NCBI GenBank assembly: GCA_002104905.1
Contig: MCFE01000359.1
Coordinates: 23,470 to 87,469 of the forward strand
Length of the DNA: 64,000 bases
Reading direction: 5' to 3'
Source: Basidiobolus meristosporus CBS 931.73
Lineage: Eukaryota; Fungi; Basidiobolomycota
Shown here: piece by piece, positions 32,130-45,420 of the stretch
Layout of the letters: every line of letters begins with the position of its first letter
How positions within the stretch are numbered: position 1 is the stretch's first letter
The notes under the pieces: model-generated
What the model was told of the DNA's origin: nothing
The model's database searches: none
Seen by the model: only the letters and a program-made list of their open reading frames with translations
Program-made: the position numbers and the translations under genes

Positions 32130-35028
32130 ATGATGACCAACGTTGATAACAAACCCTCCTTGAGACCACCCTTGAGCCTCACGAAGGTAAGCTTTCCCAT
32201 GAACACCGCTGCGGTAGTCGGGCGATATCGCTAACAAATACTTTCCTACCACAACCTCAACAACTACTTTTATTCCAATCTAGCCTTCAAGCTCCCGGTT
32301 TGCTAAAAGTCAACAAGCTAACGAAGAGCTGAATACCAGCAATGCTGGGTATGGCGATGCTGAAGGCTTGGAGGTCGGAAAACCAGGCAACATTGAAAGC
32401 GGCCTAAACAAACTCGGTGGTAACCTCAATACACTGCGCCCTGCACGCAGTAGACTAGGGCTACCTCCACCTTCAACCACTTTCAAATCGGGTGGTAAAC
32501 CAAATGAAGAGGAGTTAAGCAATTCGGAGGCACTGAACATACAGAACCTGACGATCACTACGAAAGAAACACCCCCTAAAGCCAAATTCCTTGATGCAGC
32601 AGCCAACGTTCAAGTTGGTGGCACTGGTACCCCAAAATCTGTGCCGCCCCCAGGAAAGCGAGAATTCAGTCCAGCGCAAAAGTCCCCAGCTTTGAACCGG
32701 AATAAGGTCAACGTGAATCCCTCCAAAACTGCAGTGGCGATAGACAAGATGAAGCAGGAGAGAGAGGAGAGAAGGAAACGATTCGCAGAAGCAAGGGTAC
32801 AAAAGCAGCAACAACAAGGAGAAGCTTTTGAGGTAGCCAAATACATGGAGATGATAGGGGAAATTCGCTCCGAGTTGGATACCAAAATAGTGCGATCTAG
32901 ACGCAAATCTATTGGTAACTGTGGTATCTCTGGTACTGGTAAAGACGTATCCATTCAGGTATGCGTAAGGAAGAGGCCCTTGAGCAGCAAAGGTCAGTAG
33001 TAACTACATGAATCGCTTCACGTATGGCCAGTCCAGCTCATTTCCTCGATATAGAGAGCAACGCTTATGCATTCGATATTGCAACTTCGGCACCAAGCAA
33101 GCATAGAAACTCGTTGAGCAGAGTTTATATCCATGAGCCGAAATGCCGCCTGGATCTCACCAAGACCATTGATACGCAATGGTTTGATTTTGATGAGGTA
33201 TTTGATGAAAATAGTACCAATCTGCAGATCTACCAGGTGGTTGGAAAGCCATTGGTGGAAAAGCTCTTCGACGGAGGAAGCTCCACATTGTTCGCATACG
33301 GACAGACTGGAAGTGTAAGCCCGATCTCATCTGGTCAAGATCTATCGAAAGTTACTAATTGTTGTCGTTTAGGGAAAAACTCACACGATTTTTGGCTCTC
33401 CTGGTGGGCAGCACTCGACTCTTGGAGTCTACGAATACGTATGTAAAGATCTGTTCCTAATGAAGGAGGGCTACGGTGCAGGTGAATTGACAGTGTCGAT
33501 GTGCTTTTTCGAAATCTACGGAGGCAAAGTATTTGATCTTTTTGGAGACCGGGCATCAGTGAACATCCTAGAAGATGGATCCGGAAACGTACAGGTGGTT
33601 GGGTTGAATGAGATCTATGTTAATTCTTTAGACGAAATGCTACAATGCATAGATCGCGGAAACCAGTCACGATCAACTGCCAGTACGGAAGCCAATGCGA
33701 CATCGTCTCGGTCACATGCAATCTTCCAAATCGTCATCCACAGAGCAGACCAATCCACCCTCGGGAAGTTCTCGTTGATTGATTTGGCGGGCTCCGAGAG
33801 AGCCTCGGAAAGTGGCTCTGCAACCAAGCAATCCCAATTTGAAGGTGCCGAGATTAACAAGAGCCTGCTGGCTCTGAAAGAGTGTATCCGTGCATTAAGC
33901 ATTTATGGAGATTCCAAAAATGGACATGTGCCATTTAGAGCAAGCAAGCTGACTCAGATACTGCGAGACGCCTTGACCGGACCTCGCTCCAGTACAGTAG
34001 TCATTGCCAATATTTCCCCCAGCTCGCATAGTTGTGAGCACACGCTAAATACCTTGAGGTATGCTGGAAGAGTCAAGGATTTGAGAAGCGGCACCATTGC
34101 ATACACCCCTGGTAAGAAAACTGGGAATAAGCAAAATCTTGGCCCAGAGACGCCAACATCCATCAGTGAAGAAGAAGATAATCTACTGTCAAGTGAGGAG
34201 ACGGATTCTGACAGCCTTTCCAATGCAAAGGAGGATGAGCTGATAACACCCGTTTCAAGCGATGCTACCAACTCCTCAATCGAAAAGCTCCAACGCAACC
34301 TAACATCATCATCATCGAATCATGAAGATCCGATCCCTCCAAAGCAGAGTATTAAGAGAAACCAGGGTAGCGAAGAACAGCCGCTCTCTGCAAAAGCATT
34401 GGTCAACTCCAAAAATGCGCCCCTGCCTTCACCGGAATCCTCCTTGAATGCCTCCCCGTTGGCTGGCTTACCACGAAGAATGGTCAAAACACCAGAGCAG
34501 ATCCAGGGAATCAACACCACAAAAGGAATTTCTCATGAGGAGAACATCAAAGCGGTGAATACTGCAAACACCGCTGTAGCTTCTAGGTTCAACAAGACGA
34601 TTCGCACTCCCAGTACTACCAACACGGCTGCAAAGATTTCACCTGTGAACACACGGAACAACTTGCGAAAGCCAAGCAAAGAGGCTGATCCAGCTCCTAC
34701 GACACCAACCGTGTCTATTTCTCTGGAGCCAACTTCTCCATCGGTCGTCAATAATACGGAACTGCAAGAATCTTTGGACCGTTTACTCAAGCAGCAGGCA
34801 TATGCAATTGAAAGTGTGAATAAATTAAGCGACCAAGAAAACAGAATGTTCTCGGAGATTAACCATACGGATGTGACGGCAATAGTAGACTATCCAAGCA
34901 AATTGGAGGACATTCTAACCGAAAAGATTGCTGTACTCACCGCCTTTAAAGATCTGGTCACCGGGTTCAAGCAGAAATCGAGGCAAGCTGTCGCCTGGGA
35001 GAACCTGAAAAATGCTGGTCTGGAATGA
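32130..35028 (+). CDS. Kinesin-13 family microtubule depolymerase (multi-exon)
   Basis: Central motor domain with VCVRKRPL, KCRLDLTK loop-2, FAYGQTGSGKT, NATSSRSHA, LIDLAGSER and EINKSLLALKECIRAL. Confidence 0.9.
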
Positions 35029-35350
35029 CCTGATCGTACATTAAAGATATTCATGTTTTTTGCCTGACCACTCATAGCTAGAAAACTCCTATCCTTCGCC
35101 TATATCCAAATAGAATTAAGCCAATAAACCCAAACATAGCTGCAATGGGTCAATGCATGGCTTCCTGTGCTACTTTGGAGTGTCAATGTAATGTCTTCAA
35201 CAAATACCATACCACTGAAACTCTCTATCATAGGTGCGAGTGTTTGGATTTGGATTTGAGAAATTCTTTATTATCATTATTGAAAATATGTGGACTTGAA
35301 GCTAGTATTTTGATAGTATATATGGTGAATATCGGTGTGACCTGCAATGC

Positions 35351-35879
35351 TCACAAATACATTAAAGCTGCTCCAACAGCCATCATTCCCACAGCTAGAC
35401 ATGGCTTTCCTATAGCTGCAGAGTTCACCTTGGTTGTTCCCGTCGGCCTCATGCTGGAAGAGGCTGAGCTTGGACGTGCTGATCCCGAGCTGGTGCACAT
35501 AGAGTTAGTTGATATGTTGGAATATAGCCACATCTCTTGTCTATTACCTTGAACGGGCACTATTTGCCGGAGTTACTGAAATGAACGAATTTGAAACTGT
35601 GCTGCTACTCGTTGGTGTAGACGACATAGCTGAGCTAACGGATGGGCTGAACGGGAGAGCCGTGTTTCTAGAGCTACTGGCGACGGAAGATTGAAGGAAC
35701 GAGGGAGTTGGTATTGCCGATGAGGAATGGCTTGTGAGCGCTGAAGTCTCGCTAGTGCGTTCACTGCTACTAGTTGGCTCTGCACTTATATTGCTATCCT
35801 CAGGTCTGAAATCAACCTCGTTCATTTGAGCGACCACAGCAGTACTCAGAGCAAGCACGATGATTTGACGGAAATGCAT
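35351..35879 (-). CDS. Secreted Ser/Thr-rich, probably GPI-anchored cell-surface protein (one intron)
   Basis: Signal peptide MHFRQIIVLALSTAVVA, S/T-rich body and hydrophobic C-terminus NSAAIGKPCLAVGMMAVGAALMYL*. Confidence 0.65.
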
Positions 35880-36468
35880 GATTGAAAAGTTGATGTAAAT
35901 CTAGATGGAATGGAGTGAGCAATCTCGAACTTGACACTTGCTATTTATAGGGTATCCTCTTCCTTTTCAGCTCTCCCTGACCACTTCTACTACCCCTAGG
36001 GTGTCTCTGCACCTCAATTCAATCCCTACATCACACCAACAGTCTATTGAACATTTAAGGCCCACAAGCATTTCGGTGACGATAGAGATAGGAGAATGGA
36101 TCCACCCAGCTGGTAGGATCTACAGCAGTATGAAGGAGATGTAAACGATATTCATGACGATTTCACTTGGAGACAGGGCTGATGCAGCTCTCCCAGTATT
36201 TCTGTGCTATATCATATTTTTTTGACCAGTACTCTGCTTAAACTAGGCATATCCGATAGGCTTAATTAAACATGAATGTTTACACAAGATCAGTATTTTT
36301 CTTCCAGGAATTTGTGATTTTGCGAACGATAGTCATAAATGGCGATAGCCATCCAACCAAAATTTGGGCCTATCCATCATACCCTAAAGATTTTCCGATA
36401 TTTTCCAGTAGAGTAAACGATCCGTTATCAACGTTGCTCCCATCGCCTGGCCTTTCAGTATACTAAAG

Positions 36469-37149
36469 ATGGCTACTTCACAATTACTTCCACTTGGTAA
36501 GTACAGATTCCTCCGAGCAGATCGATATGTCCATATATTAGCCAATACACACTTGCGCAAGTAACACCCCACTAAAATTCCCTTACCAACGAAACCATTC
36601 TTTCGGCTATAGAACTCATTGATAAATGTATCGGATCTAAGATCTGGGTTGTTATGAAAAGCGAACGCGAGTTTACCGGGATCCTCTCTGGTTTTGACGA
36701 TTATGTCAGTATCCTTTTTGAGCGCTGATTGTTTGGTTTGGTGAAGATCGCAACCTTTTCAACATGGCCGTGCGATGTCGACCGTTATCGCTTTAACTCC
36801 ATCGATTCATAGATATGGTTTTGGAAGACGTGACTGAATAGTAGGTTTTTGTCTTCTAAGCTACACTGCGTGCACCTTAGTTAACTTGCTTCTGTTCGAA
36901 CCAGCGAAACCACGCCTGAAGGGGTCAAAAGCATGAAGTTGGATCAGATATTGCTGAACGGCAACAACATCTGCATGGTAAGTGAAGCGTTCGTTTTTGC
37001 CCTTGAGCGAAAGTTTACCTAGCGAGGCATTCACTAACTGCTTATTTACACAGCTTATTCCTGGTGGAGAGTAAGCAGCTTTTCTTCGCTTGATCATTTG
37101 TCAGACTATTTACCCGGTTGATTGTTATAGGGGACCTGTTCATCAATGA
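36469..37149 (+). CDS. LSM5: U6 snRNA-associated Sm-like protein Lsm5 (multi-exon)
   Basis: Exons MATSQLLPL / ELIDKCIGSKIWVVMKSEREFTGILSGFDDY / MVLEDVTE / LDQILLNGNNICM / LIPGGE. Confidence 0.9.
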
Positions 37150-38027
37150 TTTAACAATTTTGCAATGAATTAAAAATCGATTAATCACTTATCACAGCTG
37201 TGGCTTCCATAGTATGTGGTTGAATTTGGATATCAAGGGGAAAAGAATATTTCTAAATAGATGTAATAGCAGAGATCAGGATTAGGGTTGGTAGAGGTGC
37301 TATGCACTCAAGGCCACGGCTCGTTAATGTTGGAAAGAAAGGAGCCTTTTAAATGATGATAAGCCAAAGAAACTTAATGCACCAAAGTCAACACACTACT
37401 GACGTAATTTAGAGTTTCGCTTTGGGAACATTGTGAATGGCATCTCTGCCATCAGGATGGATCAACAATACCCCTTCAAGTAGCCTGCCTAGACTTTATC
37501 CGGCAGGCTTGAGGTGTTGAGCTTCGGTGGCATACAGGATGGCATTAACATTTCGTTTACACGCGGCAATACTCTCACGCTCGATGGCATTAACCCCTTA
37601 TAGAAAGCAAACAATTGGCTACTTTCTCACCATCCAATAACCCAGCGATCAACCAATCCAGGGAAATCTTATCGTTAAAGGGTGGACACTCACCTGACCA
37701 AAATGACTCATTCTCGAGTTGAGATGAAGTCCCGATCGGTGCCATATTTGTTTAGAACCCTTCTATCAACCAAAATTCAGCAACGTAAATACGAAGAGCC
37801 CCAACCGCATCACAAACCGAGGTTTGCCTTTTTCGGCCAAGGGGAAGCCAGATAATTGGGTGATGGGCGGATTTCGGATCAATCGGATTTCGAAAGAAAT
37901 GAACAATGGCAGGTGTATATCTTTATAAGGATCTGGTTTGTCACACTGGAATCAAAGCACCTACGCCTTCATCACCAAATAGAATCTCGGTTCATTCCCC
38001 CTCTAATAATTTCCTATTAATCTTAAT

Positions 38028-39421
38028 ATGGGTGGTAACAGTGGTTTGGAAGAGAAAGAACCTCCTCAGTTGGAGTACGACGACACATCGAACGACCCTC
38101 ATCGTACGCGCACTGGGTCCAGTGTGGGTGCATACTTCAACATCGTATGCGTCATTGCTGGCACAGGCACACTGCAGCTGCCGTTAGCTGTGAGCCAGGC
38201 CGGGTGGATCGGTGTTGGAATGATCATTCTTTCTGCCATCATCGCTATATACACCGGGGGCCTGCTGATTAAATGCTTGTATTATGATGGGTATGTTTCT
38301 GTGCGACTGCTGTGTACCAACCACACACTAAACGTTATTCCTTAGAGTTTCGAGGCTGCCAGACTATCCTTCAATTGGCCAAGCTGCTTTTGGAAGATTT
38401 GGCAAAGCGTTCATTCGAGCGTTTCATTACTCGATCCTTCTTGGCGCCGCCTGCATTTACATTCTGCTGGCTGGCCAAAACATCTACAACCTGGTGGGTC
38501 ACCTGGGTGTTCACTTCAGCCAGAAATACTGGATCATTATTGCCGCCTCGATCATTTGGTTTCCGTACGTCAGCCTCAAGACAGTCAAGGAGGTTGCCTG
38601 GCTCTCGTAAGTACTTTCCAGGTGAAATGCCTGCAATCAGGTCCGAAATTAACCATTCTTCGAATAGTATTTTCGGTGCTGTGACAACATTGATTGTGGT
38701 CGTTATCTCAGTGGCCGTCGGGTTTCTGGATACCAGCGTAAAGCACGAGCACATCGTCCACTCGTCGGCGAATCTGGATGGACTGCCACTCGCGCTTGCA
38801 TCCATCTGCTTCTCGTTCGGTGGAAATGTCATTTATCCTCATGTAGAGGAGGGCATGCGCTCACCAAAGTCTTGGAACAAAATCGTCACCTACGCTATTA
38901 TTACTATTCTTGGCATGTACCTCTTGATCAGTATCCCTGGATATATCGTGTACGGCAACATCGTACAGTCACCTATCTACAATTCGCTTCCAGACTGGCC
39001 TGCCACCAACGCTGCGATTATCTTGATCACCGTCCATATCATCATGGCCGCCCCCTTGTACCTTACCAGCTTTGCTAATGAGATGGAGGATCTCCTGAAA
39101 ATCTCTCGCAAATACCACTCACGCAGCAAGGAGTTTATATTGCGGGTTATCCTTAGAACGCTGATCGTGATTGCTATGACGTTGCTCGCAATGTATGTGC
39201 CGTATGTGGATACTCTCATGTCCCTTATTGGCGCCCTTTCCTACAGTATCATTGTATATATAGCACCAGTTGTACTGTATCTGAAATTGTATGGATGGAG
39301 GAGCGTCGGAATACTGGAGCTGCTATGGTGTCTCATCATCGTTGCCATTGGTATGATTGCGCTTGTGCTTGGCTCGAAAGATGCCGTCCAACAGCTGGTT
39401 CAACAGTTCAGAGACCATTAG
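38028..39421 (+). CDS. Amino acid transporter (Aa_trans/AVT-like), two introns
   Basis: AGTGTLQLPLAV...GW, FSFGGNVIYPHVEEGMRSPKSW and 10-11 TM segments. Introns at ~38291-38346 and ~38607-38668. Confidence 0.88.
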
Positions 39422-40545
39422 AAAATCCATCACCAACATAACCCCCTACATATTTTGTATAATAAACCTTATAGTTTGTCATATTTTATGAAACATTCGG
39501 CAGATTTAGGAATGTGACATTTCGCCTTACACTTTATTAATGGTCCGCTTTTGGAAGGACCAGCTGGCGAGCTTGTATAAGGAGCAAATTATGTCAAAAA
39601 AAAAGCAAAGTGGCACAAATAGATGTAATACAGAACATTGATGTCCGTGGGAACAAGAGGATTTCACACAACCCAAAATTCAGTGAATAACCACCAATTT
39701 AACAAACATGAAATTAAACTGGAATTTACTCATATTTGGTACCTTAACCAAATACGAAATAAGGTACGAATTGCGTAGTCACCGCGACATCTCACCCATT
39801 CTTATCAGCGTTATGAAGCATTTCCTCTAAAGGAAGCGACTGGACTAAATGTGGGGAGTGGAAGCACACCCAACAAATGAAGAAATACGTAGATATTCGG
39901 AAGCACTTTCGTTGGTGATCTAATTGAGTCCCATGTAAGGTGTATGGGTAAGCCAAACACTAGGAATACAAAATGAGGAATGAGTGGTGCATAATTGGCT
40001 ATCATTAGATGCATTGATCCATGTGGGTCACATGAATTCTGCAGATACGAGAGATAAGTTCTGTTGCGCGAGATATCGCAAGAAGAAGACACCACATCTA
40101 GGTAGGAGCCAAATCCTCCCTCGGCGTCGCCTATGTTCTTGCTTTTAATTGTGACATATGTACGAGGTGAAGCTTGTGCTCGTTAAAGTAACAACTCAGG
40201 TGACCATCAAACGAATAATTCGATACTTAATCTCGAGCTAAATTTGGGAAAAAGATCCAAGTAGAATGTCCCATGCCATAACGGCCACTCAGAAAATTTA
40301 TTGGTTGACAAATGGTTCTTCGAATGAAGTCTGGAATAAGATAATGTCAGCCAATTGAGTAACCGGTTCTTCTTCTAATCTAGTGGTTGTTGCATACAAT
40401 AATTGTTACTGGATCCAGAAATTTTCGGTCGGATATAAAAACTGGCCTTGTCTCCAAGAGACAACATAGATCTCGAGGTTTATTTCAGTTCCCTTCTGCC
40501 ATCCTTTCACCAAGTCGTACACTCATTGGATCTCCTCTATCAAGC

Positions 40546-41841
40546 ATGTCCGAGAAAATTTTTGAAGCGCCTGAGCAAAAGGAGGTTCACGAACTTGAAT
40601 ACGAAGTTGACACTGTCAATGAGAGAACTGGTTCTTCATATGGCGCCTACTACAACATCGTCTCCATCATTGCAGGTACCGGAACCCTTCAACTGCCCTT
40701 CGCTTTGAACCAAGCCGGCTGGATCGGTGCTTTGATCATCTTGATAGCCACGTTAATGGCCATTTACACCGGAAACCTACTCATCAAGTGTCTTTACTAC
40801 GATGGTGTCAACAGACTCCATGATATCCCCGCTGTGGGTGAGGCGGCCTTCGGAAAACCTGGCAAATACTTCCTTAGAGTGTTTCATTACTCCATCCTTC
40901 TGGGTGCTACCTGCATTTACATCATGCTAATCGGTCTCAACATCAACACGCTTCTGGAGATGGTCAACGTCAACATCGACAAGAAGATTTGGATTGCAAT
41001 TGGCGCTGTCGTCGTGTTGATCCCCTACCTCTTCCTTAAGACGGTCAAGGAAGTGGCGTGGCTTAGCGCTATGGGTGTGCTCACCACTGCCTGTGTCATT
41101 GTCATCTGCGTAGTTGCTGGCTTAGTTGAGTATTCCGTAGACAACGTCAGAAACGATCACGATATCGTTAGATGGGCCAATCTCCCAGTTGCCCTCGGCT
41201 CCATTTGCTTCTCATTCGGTGGAAATGTGATTTACCCACATGTTGAGGCTGGTATGCGTAATCCCAAATCCTGGAACAAGGTTTTAGGATGTGCGATCAT
41301 GACTGTATGCGTGATGTACCTCCTCATCAGTGTTTGCTGCTACTTCGTATTTGGCGTAAGCACCGTCAGTCCAATCTACGACAATTTGAAAGGTGGAGGT
41401 GCCAAGGTTTCTGCCATTCTTCTCATCACCATTCATATTATCATGGCATCACCATTGTACCTCACCAGCTTTGCCAACGAGATGGAGGAGCTTTTAAAGA
41501 TTAACAGACAGCACCACAGCAAAGCCAGAGAGTTTATTCTCCGTTCTATCCTGCGTACCATCATTCTCGGATCCTGCACTCTCGTCGCCATGTTCGTTCC
41601 ATTTGTCAGTGATTTCATGTCACTCATTGGTTCTTTGTCCTACTCCATCATCTTATTCATGGCCCCAGTCACCCTATACATCAAGCTCTACGGCTTCAAG
41701 AAGCTCGCATTCTGGGAGAAGATCGCATGTACCTTGATCATGATTATTGCCCTCTCTGCTTGCATTCTCGGCACCAAGGATGCGGTCATCCAATTCTCCA
41801 ATAGTGTTCACGGAGAAGGCAGCTCTGCACCGAAGCATTAA
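40546..41841 (+). CDS. Amino acid transporter (Aa_trans/AVT-like), intronless tandem paralogue
   Basis: Same motifs as the upstream paralogue (AGTGTLQLPFAL, FSFGGNVIYPHVEAGMRNPKSW) in one uninterrupted ORF. Confidence 0.9.
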   Translation: MSEKIFEAPEQKEVHELEYEVDTVNERTGSSYGAYYNIVSIIAGTGTLQLPFALNQAGWIGALIILIATLMAIYTGNLLIKCLYYDGVNRLHDIPAVGEAAFGKPGKYFLRVFHYSILLGATCIYIMLIGLNINTLLEMVNVNIDKKIWIAIGAVVVLIPYLFLKTVKEVAWLSAMGVLTTACVIVICVVAGLVEYSVDNVRNDHDIVRWANLPVALGSICFSFGGNVIYPHVEAGMRNPKSWNKVLGCAIMTVCVMYLLISVCCYFVFGVSTVSPIYDNLKGGGAKVSAILLITIHIIMASPLYLTSFANEMEELLKINRQHHSKAREFILRSILRTIILGSCTLVAMFVPFVSDFMSLIGSLSYSIILFMAPVTLYIKLYGFKKLAFWEKIACTLIMIIALSACILGTKDAVIQFSNSVHGEGSSAPKH

Positions 41842-42460
41842 ACTGCTGCATGCTTACTGGCCCAAAGCATGTTGACAAATTTGTAAATAATCATAATGAA
41901 TAAATTATTAATTTGACATATTTGGATCTACATTACCTAATTAGGGAAATGCTCGACATTCCATCCTTTCTGTTACACGGTGGAAGCCATTGGCTTATGT
42001 GGCTTGATTAACCAGCAGAGATTTTCGGGCTATTTGGAATGCGCAAGTGGATTTTCGCCAAATCGGCTTTTCCTCTCGCGGTTAAATCTGCCATGTTCTC
42101 AAGTCTCGTGGTTAAATATGCCATGTTCTTAAGCCTCTTACTGCGCGATCACCCTATTCGTCAATTAAATCAGGATTCTAATCACTGGTTTCTTCATGCA
42201 ACTGGTGACATTCGATAAATTGCTGAAGGTTGCGACGTAAACATGTTGAAACCTATTGTCGCATTGAACACTATGTGCTTGCCTCCGTCATCACCAGCTT
42301 GCTGGATTTATGGCTAAATGGCTAAATTATATAATCCGAGAGGTTGGCGAAGCATATGTAGGCGCTGCCATCATGGATGACTAATGGCATACCTGATTCA
42401 AATCGCATAACCTCCCACTATAAATGATTGCCATAGAACGCACGAATGCTTAAAACACAA

Positions 42461-43386
42461 ATGGAAAAGATTTACAGTAGGCGTTATTTACAATGAATAT
42501 ATGTCTTGTGCATTTGAACTGATTTTGCCTTTTAGTTATCGGTGCTACAGGTAACATAGGCCAACAAGTCGTAAAAACTCTGTTGTCTAAAGGGATTGAG
42601 ATAACGGTATTTGCTCGCAACGAGGAGAAAGTGAAAGGGCTGTTCGGGGAATCGAAGAATCTAACCTTTGTCCAAGGGGATTACGACAGCCTTGAAGGAT
42701 ATGCGAGCACTATCCAAGGCCATAGTCGGCTGTTTCTCGTCTTGTCAGATTTCAAAAAAATGGCCCAGGCTGCATCGAATTTCGCAAAGCTAGCTTACGA
42801 TGCGGGTGTGACTCAAATAGTGCACGTCTCCTCATTTTTAGTCAGTTTTCCCTGGCGGGCACATTCCATTGGTGCTATTCACCGACAGGCAGAGGAGGCT
42901 ATTTTCGGCATCCAAAACCGCGGCTCCTACGTGGCATTACGTCCCGCAGGGTTCTATACCAACCAATTCTGGGGAGATAACCATACAATCCAGAAAGAAA
43001 GCACGATCTTTGGCTCAGTTGGGAGGAATTTAAAATTAAGCTGGATTTCCATAGGAGACATCGCTGATCTGGCTACGGTGATCATGCAAGAGCCATTGGA
43101 GAAGCATTACGACGCTGTCTACGAGATGGCTAGTGAGGCCATCAGTGAGTCCGAGCGGGCCGATATCTTCAGCAAAGCTCTTGGTAAACCAATCACCTAT
43201 ACGAGGGTTGAGCCCGAAATCACATACAAGAAGTTCCTCTCCCTTGGTTTTCCGCATAATATTGCTTACAACCTTGCCTCATTTGAGGATGAATATAAAA
43301 CCACTCCAGGGCTGTCCATCTTACTCGGGAGAAAGCCGGAGTCATTCCAGGATTGGGTGGAGTTCAATAAATCCCGATTTATGTAA
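42461..43386 (+). CDS. NmrA-like NAD(P)-binding Rossmann-fold protein (one intron)
   Basis: MEKIYI/IGATGNIGQQVV glycine-rich motif, VALRPAGFYTN and WISIGDIADLA. Confidence 0.85.
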
Positions 43387-43583
43387 GCAATTCGGATGAA
43401 TATAGCCACGTCGATCCTTGCTCTTACGTATTTTACGTAAGAACCACATAATAAAATTCTGGGGTGTTTCTATTCCATAATACCTAACGTTACTTGGGGT
43501 GTTCTTGGCGCATGGCACGCTGGAATTTATTTGTGTAAATCAGCTATAATGGCATTACAACCGTCATTTCTTCAGCTTGCCGA

Positions 43584-43790
43584 TTACCAATTAGCTCCAC
43601 AGAAGTGCCTCCCCCAGTCACAGTTTCCATTGAAGTTCCATTTTAAGTTTTGATTATCGCAGGCATTGCGGCAGTCTTTATCCCTAATGCACACCCTAGT
43701 TTCTATACCACATCTTCTACAGATTGCGTGAGCAACTGCATAGAGATTTAGAAGTACGACAAGGACTATTATGAATCGTTGAGTCTTCAC
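43584..43790 (-). CDS. Small secreted cysteine-rich (defensin-like) peptide; GTG rather than ATG start
   Basis: Hydrophobic signal peptide ending AVAHA, then 7 Cys including C-x5-C-x3-C. Confidence 0.55.
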   Translation of the reverse strand: MKTQRFIIVLVVLLNLYAVAHAICRRCGIETRVCIRDKDCRNACDNQNLKWNFNGNCDWGRHFCGANW

Positions 43791-44643
43791 GAGGTATTTG
43801 GATTCCTCCTACCTCCCTTCTTTACGCCGACAATCCGATTAAGGTCCTGAGCTGTACATATGAGGGCCAAGTGATATATCCAGATTCTAATCCCCATGAG
43901 AACGCTTGACAATCAAGTTCTAATCTTGGCTTGTTTTTAATGCATTACTTATTCGGCCAGTAGTGTTAGAAGTGAGAAGGGTGTGATCCAATGTGGAGGC
44001 ACCATTTTCATTCGGGGTGAGTGTTGATTTCAATAAGTTATGTTACATCTGTCAACTCCAAGCCACTTGGTAAAGAAATGATCATGCCAAGTTGGATAGC
44101 TTGCGTGATTAATATGGAGGAGATGTAGGATTTTCCCACTCCTTGAAATATTCCTCAAATACGCAGGTGTGTTTTCCTCGGAGATTACATATGACTACTT
44201 TTAAGCACTCTTTGACCAAGTTGCCCAAATATCTAAATATGTACAAAGGCCTCACATAACACTTGAAGCTCCATGGCTTCTTTCTCAGGAAAGTCTTGCG
44301 CAAAGATATATACACTTTGATTCAATCCGATATAAGACATTCAGATTATATCTCTGTGCTCCCTCTTGTCTTAACCCTCTTGTTTGCAATATCCTTTTAG
44401 AATTGTATCAGGTGTGATTTGGTGGAATTTGTTAGGCCTAATCATAAGTTTCTTTACCAAAACACGCAGCCTAATTGTTATTATAATGTGAGCGAACCAA
44501 CCTGCTTGGTTTCGTTTCCATGATATTCTCTACTTATCAAGACACCTGAATTTAAAGGCGCGCCTTGCACAGGAAAGTGTTGGAGCCTCAAGAATAGTAG
44601 TGCAATATCACGAGTAAAAAGCGAGCAGATATGAGCGTTAAGG

Positions 44644-45420
44644 TTATTCAAAGACAATCACAGCTCGGAATCTAGGTTTGCCGCTCATCATATCTTCATA
44701 TGCCTGCTGAAATTGATCCAGTGTATAAGTCTGGATCAATGACTTGGTGTTAGTCAGAGCGCAGAAGTTCAAAGCATCCTCAGAATCCTGAAAAATATTC
44801 ATCAGTAATGCGATCGAATGTTCAGCAAGTACACATACGTACCGATTGAGTGCCACTTGGTCACCCATGAATTTTCGCTCTCTTGAGAATTAAACTTAGT
44901 GAGTCGATCTTCATTGGCTCGGGTAGCATGGAGACTGCAAGCATCGTACCGTCAAAAGCCAAACCTTCAGCTAGTTTTGATACGTCACCTCCGGGGCAGT
45001 TGCAATAAGCAGCTTGGCTCCACCTAATTTCTTTAGTTGCTCTACTGCATCTTGTTTGGATTGGTCAATGTATACATGTGTTCCCAACTCTTGGGTGAGG
45101 TCTTGGTTGCTTGATGGGCTGGCAAGGGCTACTGTCCGGTAGCCAAATTTGTTGGCGTATTGAATAGTAAGGTGGCCCAGGCCGCCAATACCAACAACAG
45201 CACAAACATCCCCGGGATGGAGTTGTAAACAGTAATTCCGGCACACAGCAATGGTGCAGCCTCAGTAGAGCTTAGTTCATCAGGAATTCTGCATAAGGCA
45301 CTTTGTCTGGCCACCATATATTACCCTCCGGCTTGTCTAACTCCGGTTACCAAAATATTTTCACGATGAGCCACGGCGACAAGTTTCACAGGTGCTGCAG
45401 TAACTAGCATTCCAACCAAC
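44644..45420 (-). pseudogene. Zinc-dependent (cinnamyl-type) alcohol dehydrogenase pseudogene
   Basis: EAAPLLCAGITVYNS / PGDVCAVVGIGGLGHL / GLAFDGT / YEDMMSGKPRFRAVI are split across frames by frameshifts, with in-frame stops. Confidence 0.85.
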
